From an uncultured Thermoplasmata archaeon (GTDB lineage Archaea; Thermoplasmatota; Thermoplasmata; RBG-16-68-12), in contig CAVYJM010000006.1 of the NCBI GenBank assembly GCA_963768855.1, forward strand, positions 960,001 to 1,024,000: a stretch of DNA of 64,000 bases, in the 5' to 3' direction. Below the pieces are notes generated by a model. That model was not told the DNA's origin. It ran no database searches and saw only the letters and a program-made list of their open reading frames with translations. Made by a program: the position numbers and the translations under genes. Every line of letters begins with the position of its first letter. The first letter of the stretch is position 1. Shown in pieces: positions 21,019 through 30,640 of the stretch.

Positions 21019-21337
21019 CCGGGCGGCATCCTTCGCGCGGGCAGGCGGCTCAGGCCACTTCAAGCCGGCGACGCTCCGCTTAGCTCTTCGCAGGGCCCCG
21101 GGAAGCCGGAGCCGAGGGTCGTGACTCGACCTGATACCAGGCAACCTCACATTTAAATAGGGCCGGCTCCAGTGACGAACTGGGATAGCGGTCCAACCGC
21201 GCTTGATCGATCCCACTCATCCGAATCCTCCTTTCACTCCTCCCGACGAGGGAGCTGCGAAGCGTGCCCTGCGGGGCGCCAGAGCCGTCCGGATAGGCGG
21301 GACGTGGCAGCGGCGGACGCCTCCCGGAACGTGAAAT

Positions 21338-22690
21338 ATGAACATCGATCCGAGTACAACCAAGTACATGATCCAGGCCCGCCTCGAGGCGGAGGGCATC
21401 GTTGAAAAGCCCGACGTCGTCGGCGCGGTATTCGGCCAGACCGAGGGTCTCCTCGGCGAGGAACTGGACCTGCGAGACCTGCAGAAGAGCGGCCGCATCG
21501 GCCGCATCGAGGTCGACGCGCAGAGCAAGAAAGGCCGGACGGAAGGGACCATCCTGATCCCGTCGTCCCTGGACCAGGTCGAGACCTCGATCCTCGCGGC
21601 CGCCCTCGAGACGATCGACCGCGTGGGACCGTGCAAGGCCTCCATCAAGGTGGAGAAGGTCGAGGACGTCCGCATCTCGAAGCGGAACAAGATCATCGAG
21701 CGCGCCCGGCAACTCCTGTCCTCCATGATCGAGGAGTCGAAGACGAGCGGGACGGACCTCCTTGACGAGGTCCGCGGAAGCGTGACGGTCGCCGAGATCG
21801 TCTCCTTCGGTGCTGAGCGCCTCCCGGCCGGCCCCAACGTCGCGGACAGCGACGCGATTATCGTGGTCGAGGGACGGCAGGACGTGTTGAACCTCTTGCG
21901 CAGCGGCATCAAGAACGCCGTTGCGGTCGAGGGGACCAACGTGCCCAAGACGATCCAGGAGCTCTCCAAGGAGCGCGCGCTCACGGCCTTCGTCGACGGA
22001 GATCGCGGCGGCGACCTCATCCTGCGGGAACTGCTCCAGGTGGCCGAGGTCGACTTCATCGCCCGCGCCCCGCGCGGCAAGGAGGTCGAGGAGCTGACCC
22101 AGAAGCAGATCATGAAGGCCCTGCGGAACAAGATTCCCGCGGACCAGTACATCGAGATGTACGGCCTCTCCGGCCAGGTCTACAAGCCCGAGTCCGAGTT
22201 CCCCGAAGCGCCCGGTGCACCGGGTGCGCCGAAGGCCGCCGAGGCACGCCCCGAGCCCCGCGGCGAGCTCCGACCGGAGCCTCGCGAGGGTCGTGAGCCG
22301 AGGGAATCCCGCGAGCCGCGCGAACCGCGTGAGCCGCGGGAGCCCCGCGAAACCCGCGAACCCGCGCCCCTGACGCCCACGACGAAGGCTCTGAACCCGA
22401 AGCTCGAGAAGTACCGGGACATGCTGCTCTCCATGGGCGGATCCTCCAGGGCCCGCCTGCTCGACGACGGTGACAGCGTGGTCGCCGAGGTCCCCGTCCG
22501 GGAGCTCGTCGAGACGCTCAAGACGTCGAAGCAGACCCGCGCCCTGATCTTTGACGGGATCATCACGCAGCGGATCCTCGACATCGCATCCGAGATGAAC
22601 ATGCACTCCGTCGTCGGCACGAAGATGGGCACGATCACGAAGCAGCCCGCCGGCGTCGAGGTCTGGACCCGCAGCGACCTCTCCGCGTGA
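21338..22690 (+). CDS. dnaG: Archaeal DnaG (DnaG-type primase / exosome-associated RNA-binding subunit)
   Basis: 'TTKYMIQA..EAEGIVEKPDVVGAVFGQTEGLLG.ELDLRDLQKSGRIGRIEV'; Toprim 'IIVVEGRQDVLNL' and 'AFVDGDRGGDLI'. Confidence 0.95.
   Translation: MNIDPSTTKYMIQARLEAEGIVEKPDVVGAVFGQTEGLLGEELDLRDLQKSGRIGRIEVDAQSKKGRTEGTILIPSSLDQVETSILAAALETIDRVGPCKASIKVEKVEDVRISKRNKIIERARQLLSSMIEESKTSGTDLLDEVRGSVTVAEIVSFGAERLPAGPNVADSDAIIVVEGRQDVLNLLRSGIKNAVAVEGTNVPKTIQELSKERALTAFVDGDRGGDLILRELLQVAEVDFIARAPRGKEVEELTQKQIMKALRNKIPADQYIEMYGLSGQVYKPESEFPEAPGAPGAPKAAEARPEPRGELRPEPREGREPRESREPREPREPREPRETREPAPLTPTTKALNPKLEKYRDMLLSMGGSSRARLLDDGDSVVAEVPVRELVETLKTSKQTRALIFDGIITQRILDIASEMNMHSVVGTKMGTITKQPAGVEVWTRSDLSA
22241..22363 (+). 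repeat. In-frame 9-nt (EPR)n tandem repeat in the DnaG linker
   Basis: Encodes EARPEPRGELRPEPREGREPRESREPREPREPREPRETREP using mixed synonymous codons. Confidence 0.85.
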
Positions 22691-24239
22691 ACGAGGTGGC
22701 GCCCATCGCCCGGTCCAAGCTGCTCACCTCGGACGAGGGGTTCTCCCTCAACGAGCTCGAGAGCACCGCGGATATCCTGATCCCCGACGACCCGATGAAG
22801 CGGGTCATCGGTCAGGACGAGGCGGTCAAGCTCGCGCGCGTGGCGGCGAAGCAGCGACGGCACTTCCTCTTGGTCGGGCCGCCGGGCACGGGCAAGTCGA
22901 TGATCGCGCAGGCGCTCTCGCTCCATCTGCCTCCGCCGTCACGGAGGAGATTCGGATCGTCCACAACCCGGAGAACCCGGAGCGGCCGCTCGTCGAGGTC
23001 CGCCGCCGGGACGAGGTCCTGGCGGAGGAGAGCCGCATGGCGGGCGCCGAGGGCGACCTGATCGATCCGAAGGAGGCGCCGATCAACGTGGCCGAGCGCC
23101 TCGGCTACAAGTGCGTCCACTGCGGCACCTACTCTTCCCCGACGGAGAGGATGTGCCCGAAGTGCTCGCGGCCCAAGATGGTGGCCCAGGGCAACAACGC
23201 GGGCAACCCATTCGGCGACCTGTTCAGCGGGATCTTCGAGGTCACCCTGGCCCAGATGGGCGGACGCGACCGGGTCACGACGACCCGCAACCAGTTCGGA
23301 AAGGAGGAAGTCGTCGTGTACGAACGCGCGGGCGACATGATCCGCGTGCTGGACCAGAAAGCCCTCGAGAAGCGGCGCGAGATGGAGAAGGAGAGCCCCC
23401 GCAAGGTGCTCGTCCCGATCACCCGCAGCCCGTTCGTCCTGTCCACGGGAGCGAGCGAGACCGAGCTCCTCGGGGATGTCCGCCATGATCCGTACGGAGG
23501 CCACCCGCAGCTCGGCACGCAGCCCTACGACCGCGTGGTCGCCGGCTCGATTCACGAAGCCCACCAGGGCGTCCTTTTCATCGACGAGCTGCCCCAGCTC
23601 GGCCACCTACAACGGTACATCCTGACCGCGATGCAGGAGAAGCGCTTCCCGATCTCGGGCCGCAACCCGCAGAGCGCGGGCGCGAGCGTCAAGGTGGAAA
23701 GCGTGCCTTGCGACTTCATCTTCGTCGGCGCCTGCAACATCCAGGACCTCCCCCACATCCTCTCGCCCCTGCGCTCCCGCATCAACGGCGGGGGCTACGA
23801 GGTCCTCGTCGAGACGACGATGCCCGACACGGAGGCGAACCGCGCCAAGCTCGCCCAGTTCGTCGCGCAGGAGATCGCGATCGACAAGCGCATCCCCGCC
23901 GCGAGCGCCGAGGCCGTCAGCGTCGTGATCGAGGAGGCCCATCGGCGCGCGAAGATCCTGGACAACCAGGACAAGTCCCTCACCCTCCGGCTGCGGGAAC
24001 TCGGGGGCCTGATCCGCTCCGCCGGCGATATCGCGGTCACGGAGGAGTCGGGCGTCATCGAGGCGGATCACGTGAAACGCGCGATCAAGATCGCGCGGAC
24101 GATCGAGGAGCAGATCAAAGAGCGTTACGGCTCCTATTCGGCGGGAGTCGGCACGGACATGTCCGCGGCCCAGAAGGAATCGTCCCCCTACCACTACTGG
24201 AACGTCCACGAGGGCGACGACGTCCAAGGCTACCAGTGA
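22687..24239 (+). CDS. LonB-related AAA+ ATPase with no protease domain and a Zn-ribbon insert; split by a -1 frameshift at about 22930-22940
   Basis: ORF1 has VIGQDEA and Walker A GPPGTGKS. ORF2 frame continues 'TEEIRIVHNPENPERP', then CVHC..CPKC, 'LLGDVRHDPY', Walker B 'LFIDE', 'LRSRING.GYEV', 'LRLRELGGLIR'. No Ser-Lys protease domain. Confidence 0.8.
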
Positions 24240-24248
24240 GTCCGCGGC

Positions 24249-24683
24249 TCACAGTGACTTGAGCATCTTGTATCCGTCCTCGCCGTCCGTGTAGAAGCTG
24301 GGCAGGACGTAACCGATCTCGAACCCGTACTTCTGATAGAACCGGATGCCGCCCTCGTTGGACCGTCGCACCTCGAGTTCGATGCGGCGGATCCCCTTCA
24401 TGCCGCAGTTCTGGAGGAAGACGTTCATGACCTGCGTGCCGATCCCGCGCCCCCGGAACCCCGCGGCCGTCGCGAACATGAGCACGCGGGCCTGCGCGTC
24501 GGCGGAAACCACCGCGGCGAGGAAGCCGACGGGGTGTCCGTCCAGATCCGCGATCAGGAACCCCTCCCGCCACCAGCGGTGGATGTCGAGGTACAGGGAG
24601 GTCGGGTAGTTCTCCCGCAGCGCCTCGCGGACGATCGACGCCACCGCGGGGATGTCGTTCGGGATGAACGGCCGGATCTGCAA
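24249..24683 (-). CDS. RimI/Ard1-like GNAT N-acetyltransferase
   Basis: FRGRGIGTQVM acetyl-CoA motif; LEVRRSNEGGIRFYQKYGF; FYTDGEDGYKM. TTG start inferred. Confidence 0.85.
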   Translation of the reverse strand: MQIRPFIPNDIPAVASIVREALRENYPTSLYLDIHRWWREGFLIADLDGHPVGFLAAVVSADAQARVLMFATAAGFRGRGIGTQVMNVFLQNCGMKGIRRIELEVRRSNEGGIRFYQKYGFEIGYVLPSFYTDGEDGYKMLKSL

Positions 24684-24763
24684 CGGCTCCCCGCGAAGAA
24701 CCCCCGCCTTTTCAACGTGACGGTCGTCGGCAACCTCATGAGCCTGCGGCTGAATCGGGCGCC

Positions 24764-25747
24764 GTGCGCGTTTGGATCGAGCTCTCCGGGGAACATCCGA
24801 CCCTGCCCCGAGCCGAGGCGCTGGCGGCGTTCGAAGCCGAGGGCTGCGTGATCCGAGAGGCGTCGTGGTCCTCCCAGATTCTCCGCCTCGAGGCCACCGG
24901 GAAGGTCGCGCGCGCCGCCGCCCGCTTGGGCCTGGCCCACGTCGTCTGCGAGGAGCTGGCCCGGGGAACGTACGAGGAGGTCCGTTCCTTCGCACGGACA
25001 TACGAACTCGGGGGAAAGCGGTTCCGCACGCGCGTGCGCGCTCTCGGAGCCGACCTGGACACCAAGGCGATGGAAGGCGCCCTCGGTGCCGACTTCGGCC
25101 GGACGGGCCGGGTGGATCTGCGCGCTCCCTCCGTGGAATTCCGGGTCCTCGTCGGCGAGGAGTTCGTCCTGGGTCGGATCCTCCACAAGGTGGATCGCTC
25201 GGGAATGCAGGCCCGGAACGTGACGAACCGCAGCTTCCGGTTGCCCATCACGCTCCATCCGAAGCTCGCCCGGGCGCTCGTCAACCTGTCGCGGGTGCCG
25301 TCCGGCGGCCTCGTCCTAGATCCGTTCTGCGGCACCGGAGGCATCCTTCTGGAGGCCTCGCAGCTCGGCCTACGCGTGCTCGGTGCGGACGTCCGGAGGT
25401 CCATGGTCGTCGGCGCGCGGAGATCGCTCCGCTCCCTTGCGGCGGACGCGGACTTCGTGACCGCGGATGCGGGACACGGTCCGTGGCGCGAAGCGTCCGT
25501 GCTCGGGATCGCGACGGACCCGCCGTACGGCCGGGCGGCCTCCACCCGAGGGGAGCCGCCTCTTGACCTCTATGAGCGAGCGTTCTCCTCGTTCGATAGC
25601 GTGGTGCCCGCCCGGCATTTCGTGGCCGTGACGCTCCCGAGCGAAGAGGCCGTCGCGGTGGGAGAGGACCACTGGGACCTCGTCGAGCGCCACACGATGC
25701 GGGTCCACCGCTCCCTGAGCCGGACGTTCTGCGTCTTCGTCACGTGA
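24764..25747 (+). CDS. tRNA (guanine-10,N2)-methyltransferase, THUMP + MTase (TrmG10/Trm11)
   Basis: ELSGEHPTLP.AE N-terminus; 'TLHPKLARALVNL'; 'LDPFCGTGGILLEA'; 'TDPPYGR'; 'RVHRSLSR'. Confidence 0.88.
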   Translation: MRVWIELSGEHPTLPRAEALAAFEAEGCVIREASWSSQILRLEATGKVARAAARLGLAHVVCEELARGTYEEVRSFARTYELGGKRFRTRVRALGADLDTKAMEGALGADFGRTGRVDLRAPSVEFRVLVGEEFVLGRILHKVDRSGMQARNVTNRSFRLPITLHPKLARALVNLSRVPSGGLVLDPFCGTGGILLEASQLGLRVLGADVRRSMVVGARRSLRSLAADADFVTADAGHGPWREASVLGIATDPPYGRAASTRGEPPLDLYERAFSSFDSVVPARHFVAVTLPSEEAVAVGEDHWDLVERHTMRVHRSLSRTFCVFVT

Positions 25748-27230
25748 TGTTCAGGGTGATCGGGAGCACGGGGCCCTCGCTGGTGGTCCCCAGGAGCGCT
25801 TGGACGCTGAAGGACCACGTCCTTCCCGGGATCGCCGAGGCGGGTGCGTCGATGCGCAGCGCGACCATCGCGCGCTGACCGTTCCCGAGATTGAACGTGG
25901 TCGATGCCGTGTTCACGTTCGTCGTCTGCCCGCCGATCGTAACGTTGACAAGGATGAGTCCGAAGCCCGCGCTGTTCAGGTTGTTGGGATTGATGACGAG
26001 ATGCACTTGATCGGGGGTCGTGCTCGTGTCCACGAGGCTGAAGTTCAGGAAGGCTGTCGACGCCGGCGTGAGGTTCTGGACCAGCCCTGTGAGCGGCAGG
26101 CCCGCGACGGTCTCGAACGCGATTCCCTGCTGAACGGGGACGAACTGGAAGGGCTGGACCACGAATGTGGTCAGGAGGATCGCCACGGCCGCGACCCCGA
26201 TGAGCGTGCGCCCCGCGTCGAGCCGGCTCAAGTCGTTGAGCGGAGGCGGATGACGCACGCCGATCAGGAGGATCAGGAACGCGAAGATGAACCACCCGGT
26301 GTAGAACGCGCCGAAAAGGACAAGCAGGCCGATCGCCCCCCAGGAGATAAGGCTCTGCCGCTCGCCGAGCAGCGCGCGGGCGATGTGTCCCCCGTCGAGC
26401 TGGCCCGCGGGGAGAAGGTTGATCGCGGTGACGAAGAGCCCGACCCATCCCGCGAACGCGAGCGGGTGAAGCGCGACGCCCGCGGGCAGCGGGAAGAACA
26501 GGGCGAGGAAGTTGTAGAACAGGGACCCGTTCGTGATTTGGAACTCGCTGCCAACGGGGAGTAGCGCGTGCGGGTTCGCCGCCGTCAGGAAGAGCCCGGC
26601 GAGCGTCACGGGGATCGCGATCGCGAACCCCACCAGCGGCCCGGATGCGCCGACGTCGAGGAGCGCGCGGCGGCTCGGGAGCGGGTCGCGCATGCTGATG
26701 AACGCCCCGAACGTGCCGAGGGGCGGGATGCTCGGGATGAAGAAGGGCAGGGAGGCTTGCATCTTGTAGTGCTTTGCGACGACATAGTGCCCCATCTCGT
26801 GGAACCCGAGGATCGCGAGGAGCGGCAGGGTGAAGAAGACCGTCCCGTTCAGGATCGCGTCGACGGAGAGGAGCGGCTCGCCGATATACTGCGACCAGTT
26901 GTAGGCCCCGCCGAAGAACACCGTCGTGATGATCGTGAGGAGGAGCATCGTGACGTTCACGGACAATCCGGTGAACCGTTGCTTGGGGCGGCGCTGGATG
27001 TGAACGAGGAGCTCGCCCCGCTCTTCCGTGATCGACGGAATGTAGTCCTTCGGCACGAGGTCCCGGCGCAGCGCATCGAACGGCTTCTCGATCTTCCCGT
27101 CGGAGGGTCGCGCGACCTGGAAGGTGAGCGCAAGCGGCGTGATGACGCTCCCGTAGACCGTGAAGTGACGCGCGACGACCTCTCGGAGATTCTCGATCTC
27201 CTGGTCCGCGGACAGCATCGGGCGTCTCAA
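25740..27230 (-). CDS. Site-2 protease (M50) with C-terminal beta-rich extracellular extension
   Basis: HEMGH motif, 'GTFGAFI', 'NLLPAGQLDGGH'. Confidence 0.9.
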   Translation of the reverse strand: MRRPMLSADQEIENLREVVARHFTVYGSVITPLALTFQVARPSDGKIEKPFDALRRDLVPKDYIPSITEERGELLVHIQRRPKQRFTGLSVNVTMLLLTIITTVFFGGAYNWSQYIGEPLLSVDAILNGTVFFTLPLLAILGFHEMGHYVVAKHYKMQASLPFFIPSIPPLGTFGAFISMRDPLPSRRALLDVGASGPLVGFAIAIPVTLAGLFLTAANPHALLPVGSEFQITNGSLFYNFLALFFPLPAGVALHPLAFAGWVGLFVTAINLLPAGQLDGGHIARALLGERQSLISWGAIGLLVLFGAFYTGWFIFAFLILLIGVRHPPPLNDLSRLDAGRTLIGVAAVAILLTTFVVQPFQFVPVQQGIAFETVAGLPLTGLVQNLTPASTAFLNFSLVDTSTTPDQVHLVINPNNLNSAGFGLILVNVTIGGQTTNVNTASTTFNLGNGQRAMVALRIDAPASAIPGRTWSFSVQALLGTTSEGPVLPITLNIT

Positions 27231-27261
27231 CCCCCGCGCGTATTTGAATCTGCGGCCGCGC

Positions 27262-27849
27262 TCACGGCGCGCCGCCCCGGAGGAGCCACAGAATCAACGC
27301 CGTGATGAGCCCCGCTCCGATGAACCGCAGCCCTGTATAGACCATCCGCTCCCGCACGAGCGACCCGAGGTACGCGCCCATGGCGAAGAGGAACAGGAGG
27401 GTCACGACCACCGCTGCAATCGCCGCCTCGCCGGTCGGGAGCAGGAGAAACGGGACCAACGGCGGAAGAGCCGCGATGAGCGGCGCGACGCCGTGGACGA
27501 GCGCGCTCGTGTAGGCTGCGAATCGGAACGCGCCCTTGTGCTCTTCGCTGAGCCGCGTGAGCATCGCGCGCTCGAGACTTCGGATGTCTAGCTTCTTCTC
27601 GACCCGCTCCGCCTCAAACGCCCCGACCGCGCTGCTCACCGCGAGCGCGATCGCAGCGCTGATGGATGCGGTGAGGACGATTGCCTTCTCAGACTCCCCG
27701 ACGCCGGAGGCGACCGCGCCCACGATGATTCCGAGAATCGTGAGTGCCCCGTCGAACGCCCCGATGACGAAGTAACGCCGGGCGATCGGTCCGAGGTCTG
27801 TGATCTCGCTGTACTCCTTAATCCGCTGGCGCCAGGGCGGTCGCTCCAT
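27262..27849 (-). CDS. VIT1/CCC1-family metal transporter-like protein
   Basis: 'RRYFVIGAFDG.LTILG', 'AVGAFEAERVE' and 'HGVAPLIAALPPLVPF' TM pattern. Confidence 0.75.
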   Translation of the reverse strand: MERPPWRQRIKEYSEITDLGPIARRYFVIGAFDGALTILGIIVGAVASGVGESEKAIVLTASISAAIALAVSSAVGAFEAERVEKKLDIRSLERAMLTRLSEEHKGAFRFAAYTSALVHGVAPLIAALPPLVPFLLLPTGEAAIAAVVVTLLFLFAMGAYLGSLVRERMVYTGLRFIGAGLITALILWLLRGGAP

Positions 27850-27850
27850 G

Positions 27851-30553
27851 TCACCCGCTCGGTGCCGAGAGTATCTCCTGGACCCGTTTCAGCGCCATCT
27901 CGAGCGCCTCCGCGACGCCCGCCACATTGGAGCCGGCTCCCTGCGCGAAATCCGGCCGGCCGCCCCCCTTCCCCCCGATGGAAGACACGGCATGGGAGAG
28001 GACGTCGCGTGCGTCGAGGGCGACCTCGGCCCCATGGGAGACGATGAGGCTCGCGCCGTCGGCAGACTTGGCCCCGAGGAGGGCGACTGCTTTCGGGTCC
28101 ACGCAGATTTCCTTCGAGAGGGCCATGAGGTCCTTCATGTCGCCCTCGATCTGTCTCACGACGATTTTCACGTCGCCGACCGTGGTCGCGCCTTCGAGCA
28201 GGTTCTTCGCCGCGGCCCCAGCGAGATCGGACCGGACCCGCTCGAGCTGCCGCCGCTGTTCCTTCCACTCCTCTGCGATGCGGGTAGCGGCGCTGCCCAC
28301 CTGGCCGGTCGGCACGCCGAGGGCGGCCGCGGCTTTCGTGAGCTCCTTCTCTTGCGACCGGACCACCGCGAGCGCCGCGGTCCCCGCGGCGTACTCGATG
28401 CGGACCACTCCATCCTGGATGCGGGTCGTCCGGAGGATCTTGATGAGCCCGACGTCGGCCGCGTTCGACACGTGGGTGCCGCCGCACGCCTCCACGTCCC
28501 ACTTCGGGAACTCGACCACCCGGAGTTCGCCTCCGGGGACGGAACCCCCCTGGTACAGCCGGAATCCGAACTTGCGTTCCGCCAGGTCCCGGGGCATGAA
28601 CTTCGATCGGACGAGGCCGTCCTGGAGGACGCGGCCATTGGCGAAGTCCTCGATCCGGGCGATCTCTTCCTCGGAGAGTGCGTCGTAGTGAGTAATGTCA
28701 AGGCGCGCGAAATCCTGGGCCTTGTGGGCGCCGGCCTGCCACACGTGGTTGCCGAGGGCTTTGCGCGCGGCCCCCAGGATGATGTGGGTCGCGGAATGGT
28801 TCCGCGTGAGCGCGTCCCTGCGCGCAGCGTCGATCTCCGCCTTCACGCGCTTTCCGACCAGGGGCGACGCGTCTCCGTGGACGAAGTGGAGGACCGAGGT
28901 CCCGACCTTCTGGACATCGTGCACCTCGAATCCGCCGATCGTTCCGTGGTCGGCCTCCTGGCCGCCGCCCTCGGGGTAGAAGTAGGTCTGGTCGAGGACG
29001 AGCGCGCCACCCTGGAAGGTGAGAACTTTCGCCCGGAAGCTGCGCTTCCTCCGGTCTTCGTACACACGGAGCTTCGTCGCGGGCAGGTCGCCCGAGACCT
29101 CGATCTTCTTCTCCGGTTCCCTCGTGGGCTGGATGTGTCGCGCGGCGACCCGCGTATAGAAGTCGTCTGGGACCTCGACTGGCAGGGAGGTGAACTCCCG
29201 CACGACGTCCGGGTTGAGCCCTTGGCTGTCATACAGTTGCAAGAGCGTGTTGACGTCGAAGGTCTTGTTCGCCGCACGCAGCTCGCCCTCCATGCGCCCG
29301 ACGATGACTCGCCCCTTCTCGAGCGTCTCGCGGTACCGCTGCTCCTCGACTTTCAGCAGCTTGAGGATGTCCGCCTTGTTGAAGAAGAACTCCGGGTAGT
29401 CCTCCCGCATCTGGTCGATCATGAAGCTGATTGTGTCCGCGAGGGTGTACGCGATGTTCAGGTCCTTGAGCGCGCGGAGCCCGCGGCGGATGAGGAGGCG
29501 CGCGAAGTAGCCTTCGCGGCTGTTCGACGGTGTGACGCCGTCGCCCAGGAGGAAGATGAGGGCGCGCGAGTGGTCGCAGATCGTGTAGAGGGACTCGAGC
29601 GGCAAGACCTGGGCCACGAGATCCTCGACGTCGATCCCGACCCGTTCGGCGGTGAGCCGCCGGATTTCGCGGACATCGGCCAGGTTCTCGACCTTGAGCA
29701 TGCCCGCGACCTTCGCGTATTCCTTCAGGATCCGCTCGTCGACCCGTTTCGCTCCGGTCGCCCGTTTCAGGTAGGCCAGCGCGTCCCCGAACACGGCCTC
29801 GTACGCGGACGTCGTCCCCTGGGAGATCCACGTGAGCCGCTCGAGACCGTAGCCCGTGTCGACGACCTGCGTCTCCATGGGCACGTCTTTCCCGTTGACC
29901 TCCCGGTTCATCATGAACACCAGGGTCGCCGGCTCGGCGCCGCCGAAGACGACCTCGAAGCAGGGGCCGCTGTTCCCGCCCCCGCGCCACTGGGATTCCT
30001 TGTACCGTACGATCGTCGGGTCGAGCCCGAGCCGTTCGGTCAGGAAGGTGTGGCAGAGCTCGACCGTGCGGTCCTTGAAGTAGATGGGCTTCCCCGGGAA
30101 ATTGAACGCGTGATGGGCCATCATCTCGAAGAGCGTGAAGTGCTGCCCCGTCTTCCCGACGTTGTCGATGTCGTTGAAGCGCGCGCAGGGCTGGCTGATC
30201 GCGAGCGGGTTCGCGGGCGGGCTCGCCTGCCCACTGATGACCCACGGCTGGAACGGGTAGATGCTCGCCTGGGTGAAGAAGACGTCGTCCCGCCAACGCG
30301 CCACGATCGGGTAGCGCTTTACGCGGGTGTGGCCGTTCTGCTCGAGGAACGAGAGGAAGTCCTCCCGCATCGCGCGGTAGGTGAGACGCTTCTTGAACGG
30401 CGAGTTCCCGATGAAGTCGTACTCCTGGCAGGGTGCCTCCCCGCAGGTCGTATGCTGGCCCAGGGACCAGAACGGCGTCCCGCACTTCGTACAGGTCAGT
30501 CGCGTGAATCCCCGTGTCCGGAAGAGCTCGACCTCGTACTCACTCTCGGGCAT
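27851..30553 (-). CDS. alaS: Alanine--tRNA ligase (archaeal type)
   Basis: N-terminal Zn motif CTKC..CGEAPC; 'DTGYGLER'; editing motifs HSATH and CGGTH; DHHA1 'GGKGGGRPDFAQG'. Confidence 0.97.
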   Translation of the reverse strand: MPESEYEVELFRTRGFTRLTCTKCGTPFWSLGQHTTCGEAPCQEYDFIGNSPFKKRLTYRAMREDFLSFLEQNGHTRVKRYPIVARWRDDVFFTQASIYPFQPWVISGQASPPANPLAISQPCARFNDIDNVGKTGQHFTLFEMMAHHAFNFPGKPIYFKDRTVELCHTFLTERLGLDPTIVRYKESQWRGGGNSGPCFEVVFGGAEPATLVFMMNREVNGKDVPMETQVVDTGYGLERLTWISQGTTSAYEAVFGDALAYLKRATGAKRVDERILKEYAKVAGMLKVENLADVREIRRLTAERVGIDVEDLVAQVLPLESLYTICDHSRALIFLLGDGVTPSNSREGYFARLLIRRGLRALKDLNIAYTLADTISFMIDQMREDYPEFFFNKADILKLLKVEEQRYRETLEKGRVIVGRMEGELRAANKTFDVNTLLQLYDSQGLNPDVVREFTSLPVEVPDDFYTRVAARHIQPTREPEKKIEVSGDLPATKLRVYEDRRKRSFRAKVLTFQGGALVLDQTYFYPEGGGQEADHGTIGGFEVHDVQKVGTSVLHFVHGDASPLVGKRVKAEIDAARRDALTRNHSATHIILGAARKALGNHVWQAGAHKAQDFARLDITHYDALSEEEIARIEDFANGRVLQDGLVRSKFMPRDLAERKFGFRLYQGGSVPGGELRVVEFPKWDVEACGGTHVSNAADVGLIKILRTTRIQDGVVRIEYAAGTAALAVVRSQEKELTKAAAALGVPTGQVGSAATRIAEEWKEQRRQLERVRSDLAGAAAKNLLEGATTVGDVKIVVRQIEGDMKDLMALSKEICVDPKAVALLGAKSADGASLIVSHGAEVALDARDVLSHAVSSIGGKGGGRPDFAQGAGSNVAGVAEALEMALKRVQEILSAPSG

Positions 30554-30640
30554 TTCGGCCGATGAAGGGGTCGCGGGCCTTAAAGGTTCCCGGGAGCGCT
30601 GCCTGTCTTCAGCAGGAGGTTCGTCGGAAGCCAAACTCAA

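Noticed and set aside
22241-22363. Tandem repeat as a CRISPR or VNTR element
   Set aside because: In-frame 9-nt coding repeat with synonymous variation and no spacers. No CRISPR array or cas gene was seen anywhere in the window.
22930-22945. Programmed -1 ribosomal frameshift in the Lon-like gene
   Set aside because: No slippery heptamer or obvious stimulatory structure; an indel is more parsimonious.
27800-30565. 921-aa + strand ORF
   Set aside because: Antisense shadow of alaS. High-GC codon bias leaves the opposite strand free of stops, and the translation has no recognisable motifs.
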